Assembly: GCA_965242525.1 (NCBI GenBank)
Contig: OZ251459.1
Coordinates: 1,184,001-1,248,000 of the forward strand
Reading direction: 5' to 3'
DNA length: 64,000 nucleotides
From: an uncultured Candidatus Binatia bacterium
GTDB lineage: Bacteria > Desulfobacterota > Binatia > UBA9968 > JAJDTQ01
Within the stretch, counting starts at the first letter, position 1; each line of letters begins with the position of its first letter. Both the position numbers and the translations under genes were made by a program. Positions 63,190 to 64,000 of the stretch are shown here, one piece after another. The notes beneath the pieces are model-generated. The model saw nothing but the letters and a program-made list of their open reading frames with translations, was not told where the DNA came from and did no database searches.

Positions 63190-64000
63190 GTGTCCACGCA
63201 ACTGAAATCCACCGCCAGCGCCGCCAAGGCGCCCTCGCAGGCCGTCCAGCTCGCCGGCATCGCCGACGAGTTCTCCATGGGCGAGTTCTTCTCCGCCACC
63301 GGGATCCACCGGGAACCCGCAGGTTCCTTCTTCATCGTGGACACCAAACGCGGCAAGTTCATCGTCTCCATCGAGGGGTTCAAGAGCGAGAACGAGGTAA
63401 AGCACGACATCGACCTGCTCCTGTTCCTGAGACGCCACGGGTTCCAGTGCCAGCACCCCCTGAAGAGCCGCGGCGGGCAGCACTACCTGAACGCCGAAGG
63501 CAGGTTCATCTCCGCCAGCCGCAACATCGACGGCGTGGAGGTGCCGGTGGGGAACCTTACCCCGACGCAACTCGGAGCCGCGGGGCGCGCGCTCGCCGAC
63601 CTCCACCTCATCGGAAGGGGCTACAAGAAGGGAGGCGAGAACCGCTTCTCCTTTCCCCGGGTGGCCGCCATGTACCACGAGGTCCGAAAGAGCCTGCCCG
63701 CGCACCTCAAGTCCATCGTCCGGGTGCTGGACGACGAGGTCTGCTTTCTCGAAGGTTATCTGGACAACAACCTGCCCAAGGGCATCATCCACGGGAACCT
63801 GTCCTGGGAAAGCATGAAGTTCAAGGGGTCGCGCTTGGTGGGGATCATGAACTTCGACCGGGCCTGCCGCGGCAAGTTCATCTGCGACCTCGCCACCACG
63901 GTCAACGCCGTCTGCTACCACGGAGGACGTTACCGGCTGGAGCGGTTCGAGGATCTGATCCTGGGCTACGAGGGTCTTCGACCCCTTTCCCTGCCCGAGT
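63190..64000 (+). CDS. Type II homoserine kinase/APH-family phosphotransferase-like protein, 3'-partial, catalytic motifs altered (absent from the ORF track)
   Basis: GTG after GAGG; frame open to window end; GRALADLH, LPKGIIHGNL, GIMNFDRAC, DLA. Confidence 0.8.
   Translation, partial: MSTQLKSTASAAKAPSQAVQLAGIADEFSMGEFFSATGIHREPAGSFFIVDTKRGKFIVSIEGFKSENEVKHDIDLLLFLRRHGFQCQHPLKSRGGQHYLNAEGRFISASRNIDGVEVPVGNLTPTQLGAAGRALADLHLIGRGYKKGGENRFSFPRVAAMYHEVRKSLPAHLKSIVRVLDDEVCFLEGYLDNNLPKGIIHGNLSWESMKFKGSRLVGIMNFDRACRGKFICDLATTVNAVCYHGGRYRLERFEDLILGYEGLRPLSLPE

Overview
High-GC bacterial chromosome segment. Gene content and order look deltaproteobacterium-like, possibly Binatia (inference only). A 28-bp XerC/XerD dif site at 7881-7908 suggests the replication terminus: genes run on + to its left and mostly on - to its right. 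Left of dif is an accessory block (peptide ABC ATPase, amidohydrolase, CADD/PqqC-like diiron enzyme, cyclase, DapA-like aldolase), then a sulfide-oxidation pair. The top finding is in that pair: the sulfide:quinone-oxidoreductase-like gene has an in-frame TGA at the position of the second active-site Cys, followed by a bacterial SECIS-like hairpin and an intact C-terminus. It is therefore a probable selenocysteine-containing SQR, adjacent to a persulfide dioxygenase-rhodanese fusion. Right of dif are mainly housekeeping genes (miaB, hom, alaC, recG, carAB, lepAB, ugd, mtnP, rlmN, ndk, sucCD, mdh, icd, ccmABCDEFG-H/I, EF-G2, coaX, birA, valS, tRNA-Leu(CAG), polyprenyl synthase, menG/ubiE). These are interspersed with a low-GC S9 peptidase, duplicated and heptad-repeat membrane proteins, a HigBA-type TA pair, a Cys-repeat surface lipoprotein, two copies of a REP-carrying MITE, two REP-like families and two apparent pseudoenzymes (NUDIX-like, ThrB-like). 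All calls are by eye from motifs; no database searches were run.
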